From positions 5,596,707 through 5,660,706 of the forward strand of contig OZ037767.1 in NCBI GenBank assembly GCA_964035545.1: a stretch of 64,000 bases of DNA, written 5' to 3'. Each line of letters starts with the position of its first letter. Within the stretch, counting starts at the first letter, position 1. The notes beneath the pieces are model-generated. The model had not been told where the DNA came from. It worked only from the letters and a program-made list of their open reading frames with translations, and ran no database searches. The position numbers and the translations under genes were made by a program. The DNA comes from Bugula neritina. Its lineage: Eukaryota > Animalia > Bryozoa. This document shows, piece by piece, positions 26,901 through 41,900 of the stretch.

Positions 26901-29900
26901 AGGTTAAAATAGAAGAAACTAAGCATATATATATAAACCTTTTCAGAAGAAACACATTAACCTTATTTTATAACTAAACTAATTGAAGGAAATCATTACA
27001 ACCAATGTTACTATATTCAACACTCAATTGCCTTCAATGGGAATTGAATCATTCTGACATCACCACCTAACAGTGTAGAGTTTACTCCCGCCCCTCCCTG
27101 TGCCACCAAACAAACCCTTGCTAATTCCAACATTATAACTAAAAACAGAAACATTCCGCACCATCGTAATGGAAAAGACAACGCATGCTGTATATTTGTT
27201 GTCTAAATAATCTCACTGTAGGTTTTACCTTCTGCCCTCACTTTCTGCAAGGATATAACCAGTTGGTCTCTTTCAACCGTCAGTTCTTCCAACTTCTGGC
27301 GGTTTTCTGATTCTAGAGTCAACAGTTTTCCATTGAAGTTTGTGTTCATTTCTTCATGTGCAGATTTCAGCATCTCAACAGACTTGGTGTGTTCTGTAGT
27401 GACAGACTGTATTTTTTGTTCATATTCTTTAGTCAAGGTAGCTATCTGTTCAGCATGCTCTGTCTTCAACCTGTTTGTCTCCTCTGTAACACACAGAACT
27501 GATTATTTGGAGCAGGTATTATGTAACATACAAGTATAGACGGCAAGATATGTGAATCAGTCAATCAGTCAGCTAACTCACTACATCAACCAACTACCAG
27601 AAAAACTTCCACCATCCGACTGTGAACACTTAGTTACCAATCACAGTGCACCATGACTACTACTTCTAGTACACACATGCATGTGTTTACTTTGCATTTC
27701 AATGAAGGTTAAATGCAAAATAGAAGCAAATACATTTTAAACAAACCCTCAGCATTTAACTTCTAAGTACACATGCGAAATAGTACTAGAAACATATTAC
27801 TTTAGGCTAACAGATTTGTCAATAGCTGGAGATACTGCAGCTAAGGAAAGAATAACAACCAACCTAATAATTTAGACTCAACAGAACTGGAGAGCTGTTG
27901 ATTTTCTGACTTTAATCTTCCAAGTTCTTGAGAATTCTCCAACTTCATCAGATCCAACTTTGTGTTAAACTCCAACTCTTGTGCCTTCAGATGTTCTTCA
28001 TAGTTAGATTTCAGCATCTCAACAGACTTGGTGTGTTCTGTAGTGACAGACTGTATTCTCTCTTCATATTCACTAGTCAAGGTGGTTATCTGTTCAGCGT
28101 GTTCTGTCTTCAGGGATTCTATTAAACTGTTGGTCTCCTCTGTAATAAACTTCTCAATATCAGAACAAAACACAATATATCAATAAATTTTACAAAATCA
28201 TTGACAAGGAGCAGACAACTTTCACTAATCTTACTATAACCAGCAGTGCTCCATTCAAGTAACAAGTAACAAATATTTCTAACCATTGACAACTCACGAC
28301 ACTACACTATGCAAAAGCAATATGTTATCAAAATGATCATCATGCGGTGTAACCCCAGAAAACTATTCGCAGTTAGTTCTAGACTTCAAGTAGCAACCTA
28401 CAACCGCCCCTACAGTTACCGCCTTCTGCACCAATGCAGGTGTCACCAAGCCAACAATACTGAACTGCAATTTAGTTAGAGTTCAGTTATATCTCCAAGA
28501 TACTCATGGCTGCCAAACCATATCTCAACTATAGCTTGGCAGCCAAGGATTTGAAGTTTATAAAGCTTATCTCAGTAGGCACGTAGACACGGATTACTTG
28601 CTCTCATTATTGACGAGGCCTCAGACTAGCTGCACACAACAATCTTACAAACTGCTCCGTACCTGCAGCCTAGTCTTGATGAAACTGGAGTTTAGTCAAA
28701 CAACACCAACAGTAAAATTACCTGAAGACACTGTTTCGGCTGATGGTCGGAGTTGTCCTTTCTCCTGCATCAACTTCTCCACTGTCTGTTCATTCTCCAA
28801 CTTCATCAGATCTAACTTTGTGCTAAACTCCAACTCTTGTGTCTTCAGGTGTTCTTCATGTTCAGATTTCAGCATCTCAACAGACTCGGTGTGTTCTGTA
28901 GTGACAGACTGTATTCTCTGTTCATATTCATTAGTCAAGGTAGCTATCTGTTCAGCATGTTCTGTCTTCAGGGATTCTACCAACCCGTTTGTCTGCTCTG
29001 AAATAAATCAAAGCATAACGTATATATCGATAATTTTAATGAGTTAGCAGAAGCAGACAACTGCTAAGTTGAAAAGGCTTTATTATGGCAAGTCGGGAAC
29101 AAACATTTACCCGTGAATACAGCTCAAAAGTATAAGTTCGACAAATTGCTAAGAACACGCTAGAAGAAAAGTAACTTCAGCAAACAATTTTTCACTTGAT
29201 CAACTAGTTTCGTCTGATCCCATTGATGCGTAGTACCACACAGTACTGCACGTGTAAATTGATTATTAAAATTCCTGTACAACTGAAATAAATAATGATT
29301 TAGCATAATCTGATGAACAAGCTTTAATATTTATTCAGTGGCAACACAGTTTACTAGACAGTAAAATTAATTTATGAACTGTGTTTTATTCTTACAATTG
29401 TGTTTCACAGAAAAGAAATAGCAAAGCTCAATTGATCCTGAGTTGTAGAAAACTTTGCTAAACTAAAGCATTACTCTTTACCAACTGTGTTAACCAACAT
29501 CATTTTAGTCAAATAAAATTCAACGGCCTACACTACATACTAACTGTAAGCTACTTGATACACAAACTTCACACAGAATAGATGCAAGAAAAACACCAAC
29601 AGTAAAATTACCTGAAGACACTGTTTCGGCTGATGGTTGGAGTTGTTCTTTCTCCTGCATTAACTTCTCCACTGTCTGTTCATTTTCCAACTTCATCAGA
29701 TCTAACTTTGTGCTAAACTCCAACTCTTGTGTCTTCAGATGTTCTTCATGTGCAGATTTCAGCATCTCAACAGACTTGGTGTGTTCTGTAGTGACAGACT
29801 GTATTCTCTCTTCATATTCACTAGTCAATGTAGCCATCTGTTCAGCATGTTCCGTCTTCAGGAATTCTACCAAATTGGTCTCCTCTGAAACACAGAACTG

Positions 29901-32900
29901 ATTATTAGTACACTCTGAAAATATGTATCAATTACTTTACCTACATACTACCAAAAAAGTTTCCTTAACTTGTGGACTTTCCCTGAGATTACACTTGAAC
30001 ATTACAGGAAAAAGTATTGTGTCTTTTATCACACTGCACAGCTATTTCCAGATATGACCAGCAGAAAAACCATTTATACAACACACAGAACATAGCGCAA
30101 TCCAAACATTAATGTCAGTATTATCTACTTGTAAAAACATGAGCACATTTAAAATGTTTTTAAATGTGATCTGAACATATATGTGTTACAAACGCCCACA
30201 CACAAATAAAACTATAGATGAAATGACACAGTTAAGATTGATAGGACATTTCATTACTAGTTCTTACTACTAGTTTTCAGATTGCATCTTCTTATGCACA
30301 CTTAAGCTTTTCGACTTGACAACATTAAACATAACCTTACGACAGTGTCTAGAACAAACTTTCATGAAATTGGGAAAACACAACTACTAATACAAGAACC
30401 AAAGAGCGCAGGTTAAGAAACTTCAACAGACGTGAAGCTAATGTTATTTAACTTGACAAAATTTTTACTAGTTGTAATGTTGAGATTAAACCAGTAGTCC
30501 CTGTGGTGTAACGACTATCGCACTGGTTTAGGGTTCAAATCCCTGTGAAAGCAAATATTTCACACTAGGGAATTTCAAACCTGATGTTGCAGTATTAGAA
30601 GCAGGCAGGTTCTGTTCCTTTTCCTGTATCAACTTCTCCACTGTCTGTTCATTCTCCAACTTCATCAGATCCAACTTTGTGCTAAACTCCAACTCTTGTG
30701 TCTTCAGATGTTCTTCATGGTTAGATTTCAGCATCTCAACAGACTTGGTGTGTTCTGTAGTGACAGAATGTATTCTCTCTTCATATTCATTAGTCAAGGT
30801 GGTTATCTGTTCAGCATGTTCTGTCTTCAGGGATTCTATCACACTGTTGGTCTCCTCTGTAATAAATCAGAACATAACACATATTATCAATTTTAATGAT
30901 TTAACAAGAGCAGACAACTGCTAAGTTGAAATAGGTTTAATTATGTCAAGTTGAGAACAAACACTTACAAGTCAACACAGACTTGACCATTTGAAGCGAG
31001 TATAGTTTAATATGTAACCTTAAAAACACTTAACGGCTTCACTTATTTTGATTTTCATATCATAATGAAACATGGTTTGTATTATAATATGAATGGTATA
31101 CAAGCAACATAACTTTTATGACAATAGCAAAATGAGCACAACTGGAATGAAAATTTGTAAAGCTTTTCTCTGATTCAACATAACCTAAAAGTCTCCTATT
31201 CATACAAGCATTCAAAAGCTTGCACCACAACGCATGCATATAACTGCTTGCAATTTTCATGAATCGGTTTGAAGTTTCAGTTTAAAACTACAGCCATATT
31301 TGGCACTATAATCTCAATAAGAAATGTAGCTTCAACAGATGGAGAGTCATACTAACCTGAGGTGTTGCTATTTCCAATATCCAGCAGCTGTTGTTCATAA
31401 TCTCTCTTCAAAGCTTCTATATTAGTATCATTATCAGACTTGAGAGCCTCGTATCTATCAGTAAACTCTCTCTGCTTCACCTCCATAAGAGCCTTGAACT
31501 CCGACCTCAGCAAGTCTTGGGCCTCACTGTGCTCTGTCGCCATCGTCTCAATCTTCATCTCGTACTCATCTCTTAGAATGCCCATCTGCATCGTGTGATC
31601 AGTTTTCAACAACTCTAACATCTCATTAGATTCTTCTGAAAACCCCAGAAAACTTGCTGATGAAATGATATCCATATGATTTGTGCATCACATAAGAATG
31701 ATAGACATTTGAATAGCCACACAAACAAGACTACCAAACAGTTCATTATACGATATTTTTACTAAAAGTTGAAACTACAAGAGGACCAATTATTCAGAAA
31801 AAAAACATGAACTGCCTAAGTGTTGCAGAATTACGGCAATTGTATTTTAGGGCACAAGTAGGTTTTGCTTTTTTCGGGTATAGAGCTCTGTGACTCTGAT
31901 AAAAGACTTGGTGCAATGTTAGAGTCAAAACGCATTGCATTGGCTAAAACCTCCACAATGGGTCATATATGAGATGAATTTGTAGTGTGATTGCCAGAGT
32001 AGATAGACTATTAGCTAGTAAATAGACTCACTCAAGCACCAAACATATTCAATATAACTAATTAAAATATAACCACACAAGTTACTGTTCAAAGCATTGT
32101 CATGATGGGATGGAAGATAACATTTCCGTGTACTCATTTATCAGAAGAGTTTAAACCAAAAGAAGACAGAGAAATAATAATAAGAGAAGAAATGCCACAC
32201 CATTGTCGCCCATCTTGTGTCGCTTTGCTGCCTCCAGAAGAAACTCGTGCTCAGTATTCAGCTGCTCCAACTTCTGCAGATGTTCTGCCTCGCACATCAC
32301 CAGGTCATTCTCCAACTTGGTAATTTCCTGTTAGCAGATTAAGAATTCTTACTTAGGTAATGTTCTGGGGGGTACCTTCACACGCCCCTTAATTCTCAGC
32401 AAATTTTGAGAGCAAACAAAACAAAAGTTAGAACATTCTTTGCTTTAAAACTTGAATAATTGCATTATATTGATATACAAATCAGACAAACTCACTAGCA
32501 AATCATTGTGCTAATAAGGGCAGCCAGACAAACGCCCCTATATATGTCAACAAATTAAAGTATCTAACATTCTTTGCTTTAAAACTGGAGTAACAGAGTT
32601 ACATAGGACTACATCTTACACATTTATTATACAAATTGCCAGTTAGAAGAACTACATATACTTATATTTAGAAAAAAGATAATTGCAAGACATTTACCTT
32701 CTGTTTATTAGCAACCTCAGCCTCTAGCTCTGTCTGGGCCTCTCTCCAGTCGGCAGTAGGAACAAACTGTTCATGCTCACACTCCAGCACGTCTGTGTCA
32801 CATGACCCACAGTAGTTCTTCTTTACTCTAGCCAGCAGCTGCTCCTTATCACACTCAGCCTACGTGTACGAGATACATTCTCAGTTCACTGTATTGACAA

Positions 32901-35900
32901 CAGCTGTGCTCAGCAGGTAAAAAGAAGCACAGGTAGGTATTACCTGCTCCAACTTGAGCTGCGTGTCATTGATGACTTTGTAGGCGATTTCCAGTCCAGC
33001 CTTGAGATCTGTCACCTCACCAGAGACCTCAGATACAAATGTGTTGCCCAGTACCTGAGAAAATGACGAGCGTGTCTTACAGAATCAAAGGAAACTATCT
33101 TGTCTATTTACCATCAATACGTAAGATTGGTTACCTTCAGACAAACTAGAGTCTTTCAAAACTTTGGTTGTCAAAAAATGAGCAATTTCAAAGTACACCC
33201 TGATTGATTATTTCACAGCTATTAGCAAGAAAGTACATACACAATAAGCAGTGAAACATCACGATAGGAAACATCTGTAATTCGGTGGGTAGAAGCACTG
33301 GCTATGCATGACAGCATTGTGTTGAACATTTTAACATGATCATTGGCAATAACAGGAAGAGCATCTGATCACTTTAGCTGCCTCAAGTCATATTACTAGC
33401 AAAAGTAACAATCGATAGTCAGTCTAGGAACTCCCCCCCCCCCCCCAGGCCTTCTGCAGGAGAGCTATGTCTAACTGTGTTAAGGGCATACTTTCTCAAG
33501 AGACAGCTGTATCATGGGAAAGCTGAAGTTTACCATCAAATGCGAGACAACAATACCAACATATGAAACAAGTACCTGAGCGGGCACAGGCTGACAAATG
33601 CTCTCTTCTGCCGACAATGTTCTGTTCAACATGACACCTGTTTTCCTCAAACCGAGCACAGTGTCATCAAACTCAAACCATTTGAAATCCATCTCCGTAT
33701 TTGTGGCAGCATCAACAGCAGCAACATGTCTGTTCAACAGAGTAGTGTACAACATTGCATCGCGACAGCACAGCATGATTGACAGTAATCTGCAAGTGCC
33801 TGCCATTCAAACGATTGACAGCAACCTGCAGGTGACTGCCAGTCAATCGATTGGCAAAGCGCTTGATATAATATCATACAGTTGATGGCATGTCACACGC
33901 AACCTCAACATTTTGAAAACTATTTTTTCTGTGCCATTAGAGCCAGAAACAAGAAATCTAGCAAATCAAGGTGGTCTCGATTCTTTTGGTCTTGAAACGA
34001 AAAGAAAAATGAATGTGTTAAAACTGGGAAAATGTAACAATGACACTCTAGACTCCAGTATGGTGAATAATTTACGTTGAAGCATCAGTTGAGCTGTCCA
34101 GTGATGGAAATTGAATTGATGTAGTTGAAACCGACTTCACTTCAGGCAACTCAGCATAACTAGGAGAATCCAACCATCCTGTGCTGGGCATGCTCTGACT
34201 CAGAACTCCTTGATCTGTTGAGAAAGTGTAAATATGCAGTGACTAGTACGACATACGGCAGTCTATTTCACGAGACAACTAGATCATGCTTCTCAAACGC
34301 GGAAAGTGTGGAACATGGAGAGAGTAAAACATGGAGAGAGTGGATTCTAATTACCTGGAGATTGCTCAACTGGCGTCAGTCTCATAGCCGGTGAATCGAA
34401 GAATTTCTTAGAAAAAGAACTCTTCATAAGGCTTGCGCCCAATGACAGCTGCTCTCCTCCCATCAACTTATCAACTGTCTCAGATAACTTGATATTAGAT
34501 GTCTGTACAATATAAGAAACAAGGAGCTAATGTAATGTCTAAGTAATCAATGTTGTTAGATGCTTAGAATGCCATCAAACTGATGTCACAAGAAATTGTG
34601 CTGAAAATAGTAACAAATAGTGACAGCTAGCAGCAGGTGGTGACAGATAGTGACAAGTGGTGACAGCTAGCAGCAGGTAGTGACAGATAGTGACAAGTGG
34701 TGACAGCTAGCAGCAGGTAGTGACAGATAGTGACAGGTGGTGACATAATAAAGATAGACATTAATATGCAGTGACAGCCAGTGTCAGAGAGACAAAAAGC
34801 GATGATAGTGACAGGTCGTGCCAGATAGCAGCCGCTAGTGACAGATAGCAACAAGTAGTGACAGATAGTGACAGCTAGTGACAAGTGGTTACAAGTAGAA
34901 CACTCACTTTGACTCGCTCCAGTTCAGCTTTCAACTCATTGAGTTCAGTTTCTGTAGTCTTGAGCTGAGCTTTCAAGCGTTTCTATAAGACAATCCAAGT
35001 GAAGATACATACACATTTACTATAAGATTTATTTTTCTGAGACAAAAAAGCATAAAAGTAAGCATCCATTTAGAGCAACTAGGTTGATGCTTTTTTCCCC
35101 ACGAAACACCTCAGTACCACGTACTTTTTCATAGTAAAAGCTATAAATACAACCTAAACTTAAAAACTCATCTCATCAATGCAAGGATCATTACATAATA
35201 TGTAACAGCAAGAAGTACCTTAACTAACATCTGTAGCAACCAAAATTATCTTGAAGCTCTGTAAACCTGTTGTAATTTCATAATCACTGTTCATCCTAAT
35301 TATTTTACCCAATAGGAAAAAAGTATTGCGACGTTGTGCTAAGCATATCTCTTACTAGGCAGCATACAGTATGAGACTGATGGTGTAGTAGCAACATGAA
35401 TATACTGCAGTGTAGTCATACAGTAAATTATACTCACTTCAACTACCTGACCAGGAGTCCTGCAGTTGATAACATCTTTCTCATCTTGAGTAAACACTTC
35501 CAGCTCCAGAAGTTCATTTCCCAATTTCTGATTGGCGTTTTCACTACATGCCAATGAAGTGATCGAGATAGATTAAATAATGATAAGTAAAATAGATTAA
35601 ATAATGATAATTAAAATAGAATAAATAATGATTAAAAAAATATATTTAAGTAGCTTGGCTAGGCTTAAAACAAACCTTCACATTTTTTACAGCAACCAAA
35701 TTCAACATCATATATAACAGTCAATAAATAATTTCATATATTTAAAATGGTTACTTATATTATACTTTCACATTGATACTTTTTCTTATTTTCTTTAGTA
35801 ATGACGATGGCTTGCATGCTATGATACAACTCTTATAAAAAATAATACTGCAAAATAATTCTGTTAGATTAGAAACTGGAATGTTTTAAATACTAACAGT

Positions 35901-38900
35901 GAAACTATGAATTCGTCCTTTCTGGCCAGCGCCAACTTGGCTTCCTTTAGTTCGCTTCTTAACGAAGCATTTTCAAAGTCAACCTGGGAACAATAAAATA
36001 CATGTTATGAGTTACCCAATCGTTACCATACATAAGCATTGTTTGCTGTGATGTTGGTGCTGTGGGTGTATGTAACACACATACTTTTCTTATATACTTA
36101 TAATAAGCATATATCTCAACTGTTTACAATACAAAACATAGTAAATTTGGTGTACATATCTTGTAGATCATTGCTATAGTCGTAATGGTTGCTAATACTG
36201 TAGTTATGCTCTGTGTATATCATTATTTGTATATAACAGTATATACTACAATCACATTGACATCTCGTTCTTCTAAGAACTAGCATTTATACATTTAAAT
36301 ACATTTCTAAACCCCTAAATAATACTACTAGTAGCAATCAGCCATTAGTGCACACACCATGGCTAGTACAGTATATAGCAACATTCACACAAGTTATGGG
36401 TATGGATTTATTCATTAATTTTTCTATATAAATACACGAGACAATTGAGAAATCTGGTTGTATACCGTCGTGTTGTAGCTCAGAGATCCACTTGGCTGGT
36501 CTTTGTTAAGCAACTCTTGGAATTTCTTCTCCATCTCCTCATTACTGCTTTTCCTATTGGAAAACCCACGCAATAATTTAAAAGCGCCAAAAACATCAAC
36601 CAAAAGAAATGTGAGTCCGTAGAAAATGCTTATACAGTTTTGTAGTGCACCAACACCCCAGTAGGTAAGATATGTAACCATCACTTGATTGGTGTAGTGT
36701 CATGTTGCTAGCATAATCCAATAGAGAAAGTAAATTGGCGACATAAAACTCCAACTATGGAGGAAAGTGCAGCAACTTAGACTGTGATCTATGATTAGAA
36801 ATGTAGCAAAAGAAGTTATTTTTACCGTCCCAGACCAAAACTTATTTTAAAAGTTGAAAAACCAATGCTATTAAAATTCCTTCACTACTGCACCTTAATG
36901 TTACCAGGGGTTTCTGCAGAGGAGAGTTTGCAGTTAACAGCTGATTTATGAATAAACTTGAACAGTTTTAGTATACAACGGTTTTCATTCTATTAAAAGT
37001 CACTTAAAAACTGAGTAAAGAGGTGCTAAAATTACTATTGCAACAAGAGTTTCCAAAGAGAATAGCAGAAAGTACAACAGTATGAATGGAGTTATGTCCA
37101 CTTGGAAACTTACAAGGAACTAATCAACTCATCTTTTTGAAGAATTTCTACTTTTGCCATTTCTAAATCCACTTCAAGTTCAAGTAGCTTGTTTGCCTTC
37201 GTGTCATCAGCCTGCAACAACAAACAACCTGTCATGTTACAACAATTATTCACCAGCTTTCCATGGATCGATCTCGCTGAGATTGATCCATGGAAATACT
37301 TCAAAGATCGATCTCCAACGATCTGAGCTGGTCGGTCTGTAGAGCTCGAACTTATATCGATCTCAAGGCAATAAGACCATAGAAAGCTTGTAAAAGCTTG
37401 TTTCTAGCCTAGCATTTTCCAAAACAATACATTGAATTTTTGGTGATAATAATTTCGTAAAATGCTTAACAACTTATCTAGGTGTCATGCAGTTATGTAG
37501 CCTGTTTTGTAAATATTATTATAGTTGTGCTGTGTTCCTTTGCGTCCTAAATCCCCTTTATCTTTGTAGTTTGTATATATATATTGTCAGTCTTGGAAAT
37601 GTGTTGGTAGTGATCAGTTGTGCTTTCCAAATAAAGATATTTCAGTGAACTTTAAGTATAACACTATTACAGGTAAAAATTAGGCTATCCAAGTAACCAT
37701 GAAAAATATACATACAAGTGCTGAGGCATTTGTGCCATCATAACTGGGCTCAACTCCATCTGAAATGGTTTCCTCATGGAATTTGGGCAGTTTTGCCGAA
37801 GTTGACGGCATGTCAGAGAGTGAGGTTCTTTTTTTGTTAGGCAGCTCTTGCTCAGTGTCTGCTACAAATACTTCCAGTTGAAAATTGACAACGCAAAATA
37901 AACAAGCATCTTGGATATCGCCTAATTTCAGCAGAAGTTCATGTGGACATGAAATACATAAAGTATCCAACTGTTGTGAGGCAACGCGTATAATAAGTGA
38001 CATTGACCTTTCTCTTCAACGAAGGAGTTGAGATTGAGGGCCGGCATCTTCTGCCTCGCTTTGCCCGGACACCAAGTCATACGCCTTTGCTCTCTCGATG
38101 GCTGTAAGAAACAACACAGTTCTAGCAAACTGCTGAAACATTCACCACATAACATAATATGCTTCATCTCAGCATAGCATCACAACATTGTACACTGTGC
38201 AGACGCAGTCGATATGCATTAGAAAATATATTAGTCTGAACTCAAAAATCTGCCCTCTTTATGGTAATGGACGCCCCTGTACCTGTCTTTCTTCAAGGGG
38301 AGGTTTCAGCAACTCCTGAATTATCTTCTTCATTTCTTTGGCATCCTGAAAGACAAAACACTTTAATAAGGAGGAACAGGTTGAGAAAACAAACTTTGTT
38401 TTAGAATTAAACAAAAGAAATCTAGAAATCAGCTGCCTATTGCAGTGTTAGAATATTGTGATAATTAAAGAACCGTTAGTGAAGCAATAACTGCATTAGC
38501 AACAGTTTAGATTTTTGAACTCTCAAATCATCCAACCATCACAAGATTTACATAATAGCGTATTGATATAATCTAAACAATCTTGTAACTTTTGATTGAT
38601 TGAGTCTTTACAAAGTTCGTGCATCACTACATTCAGTATGCTGTACGCACCACTTGGGATTTCTCTGCCAGCTGTAGCTCCAAATCTTTAACTCTCTTCT
38701 CCAACCGACGTGTCAGCGTGTTTGGATCCACAATCTCATTAACCACCGGCTGACTAGACACCTTCTTAGCTCTGCTGGCAAACTAAAGTCAGCATTAGGA
38801 TAATAAATCACTGTTAAAGTCAAACAGGTCTCCAAACCAAGTGGTGATTATTTGACACAAACTGATATGATACAAACAGAAATATCAACAAATCCTTCAA

Positions 38901-41900
38901 AATAAGTTCATAACATATGACTAACAGAGTCTGGCAGGTAAAACAGAGGTTTATTGAATTCACTATGATAAAAGTTTGCAACACAGAGTCCACTTAGGAG
39001 CAGTAGCGGAAAAGTTCTTTAATTTTATTATTAAATTTTGGTTAAAATTTTCAAGAGAGCACAACTTCTTATGTTACATTTCTAATCTAGAACACAGGCT
39101 GTTCTCAATTTTTCCATTACTGCACTAACCTCACAGAGTCAGGCCTCAAACAGATTTCTAGTGAATATTTGTATTTTCTCCCACACTAAACCATAGATAA
39201 AGTACAAAGTATAATAGCTGGATGTGCAGTTCCTACCCTAAGTGTGCTGAGGGTTTCCTCTAGTGAGGCTGGAGTGACGTTGGCCACAATGGCAGTTCTG
39301 CTGTTACCACCTAGAGAGTTCTGGAGAAGTCTGGTTAACTTGCTATCACGATAGGGTATATGGTTGCTACAAGGCAGAAGCTGAAAATCAACTAAATTCA
39401 AACAACGTTTTCTCATAATTTCTCAAATAATGAGAAATGGGAAAAGCAGCGAAAGTGATATTAGCTGGTTTATGTGAACCAGTAATTTATTATTTCAACT
39501 TATGTGGCTAGCGCATTCAATATACTCATATTTGACACAATTTTTTTTTCAAATTAAGAATGTGCAAAAAACATGCTTACATTATATATATATAATAATA
39601 AGAAGATGTGAATGATAAATATTGATACCATGACTACACTATTCTTATTTATATGAATGGTCGCCAGCAGCTATAGTCAGGCTGGAAATGTAATACAAGT
39701 TTTTAATACAAGCAGGTATTATGCCAAAACCTAACCTCTTTTCTGCCAATTTATTAATGCACAGAGAGAGGGCGTGTAGGGAGCTGTTTATGTGGCTCCC
39801 TTCCTTCAACCGCTGTCCCACTGCGCCAGTTTGTCCTGCCTTTTCTGAACCTGCCAGGTCCACAAAGTTCTACAATAACATGGATTACAGAATCCATTAA
39901 ATTAACAAAATAAAAGGCATACAATAAATGATAACTAAAAAACATATATTTGATGGTAAAAACCTCTATTATTTGCAAAATTATCACTTAGTTCAAATAT
40001 ATTAGTATTGCATTTGGTATTTTGATAACCAGAAATACTGCCTAACTGAAGAGCCGGAAATATATCTCCAGCTCATATACTGCTACTTGAATATCCCCAC
40101 TCAGAAAGCTGATGTAGCAGTTTAAACAAAATAGTATAAGCTATCTAAAATCTAAAACAGTAGCCTATTTATGATTTAATGTATATTATGCTTTACAGAA
40201 ATCTTTAAATTTTACAGTATTTAGCTTCCTTTTCTTTATTATTCTAATAACTTCACAGTCATCAAAAAAAAGGAAATTTGAAACAAATTAGTGTAAATAC
40301 TATTTAAACAAATTAATGTGAATACTATTTACTTCTTGCATCATATGTCAGCCAGCAATTTCTTTGGGTTTTGTTACAAAGGTACTCAAAAATTAACACT
40401 ACGAACCACAAGGTAATGCATTCAATTGTATCCAATTGTGATATTGTTGAAGTTTTTAGAAAAAATGTTCATTTTCACCCAAAGTTATTTTACTTACACT
40501 TTGATCAAGATTCATGTCATCCCTAGCATAAGGAAAACTGAGGAAAACATTATCTGGTGAAAAACAGGCTTTTATCGTACATCTTATTCTTTTGGAACTA
40601 GATATATTTAAATCAAGACATCTTGTGCTAATCTATAAAGCAGATGCTACGAGCCCTGCAAAGCAGATGCTATAAGCTACGAGCCCTGCAAAGCAGATGC
40701 TATAAGCTACGAGCCCTGCAAAGCAGATGCTATAAGCTACGAGCCCTGCAAAGCAGATGCTATAAGCTACGAGCCCTGCAAAGCAGATGCTATAAGCTAC
40801 GAGCCCTGCAAAGCAGATGCTATAAGCTACGAGCCCTGCAAAGCAGATGCTATAAGCTACGAGCCCTGCAAAGCAGATGCTATAAGCTACGAGCCCTGCA
40901 AAGCAGATGCTATAAGCTACGAGCCCTGCAAAGCAGATGCTATAAGCTACGAGCCCTGCAAAGCAGATGCTATAAGCTACGAGCCCTGCAAAGCAGATGC
41001 TATAAGCTACGAGCCCTGCAAAGCAGATGCTATGAGCCCTGCAAAGCAGATGCTATAAGCTACGAGCCCTGCAAAGCAGATGCTATAAGCTACGAGCCCT
41101 GCAAAGCAGATGCTACGAGCCCTGCAAAGCAGATGCTACGAGCCCTGCAAAGCAGATGCTACGAGCCCTGCAAAGCAGATGCTATAAGCTACGAGCCCTG
41201 TAAAGCAGATGCTACGAGCCCTGTAAAGCAGATGTTACAAGCTACAAGCACTGTAAAGCAGATGCACATGGGGATAAACTCACCAACTGGGAGACCAGCA
41301 CTGCCTTGTCTTCGCTATCATCCACCAGCTTACTCTCAATAAACTGAAACACAAACACAACATCAAGAAAATAATGGAATAACAGATTTTTAGCAATCTA
41401 TACTGCTAATGACCTATGTTTAGGTGTGGCAGTGGAGAAATTTTGATAGCACAAGTTTTAATTGCTAAATAAATTTTGGTTTAGTGAGTGAATTTAAATT
41501 CATAATTTTACGTTTATTGGCTACATTTAATCTAGAACACAGGCTTGTCTTAATTTTTCCATCTACTTGCAAATTTACAGCACAAGATGCTTGCTTGGTA
41601 ATGAGGAGAGGGAACTGCAATAAAATTCACAGACAATTACAAAACTTGAGCTACTGAAATTCCTCAGTTGTGCACTAAACTGAAGATTGAGTTGGTGCAG
41701 GATGCCTCTATGATCTCTCAATAAATATATCTCAATAGTAAGGTCTGCTACACAGCATAATGCAAGAATAATTTCGAAAACACACGCTTTAAAAATGGAC
41801 AGTTTGCAAGTGATGGTCATTTTTTATTTATAATCATTTCAACTCCTCATTAGGATAGCTATCACTAACAGAAAATTGTGTTTTATTAAAACAGTCTACA

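Noticed and set aside
27333-30924. Plus-strand Cys/Ser-rich ORFs over the repeated exons
   Set aside because: Antisense shadows of the CENP-E coiled-coil exons.
40644-41342. 232-aa ORF ([10 protein letters not shown])n and CRISPR-like regular repeats
   Set aside because: A pure 30-bp minisatellite with no unique spacers and no cas genes, lying antisense in a CENP-E intron of a eukaryote.
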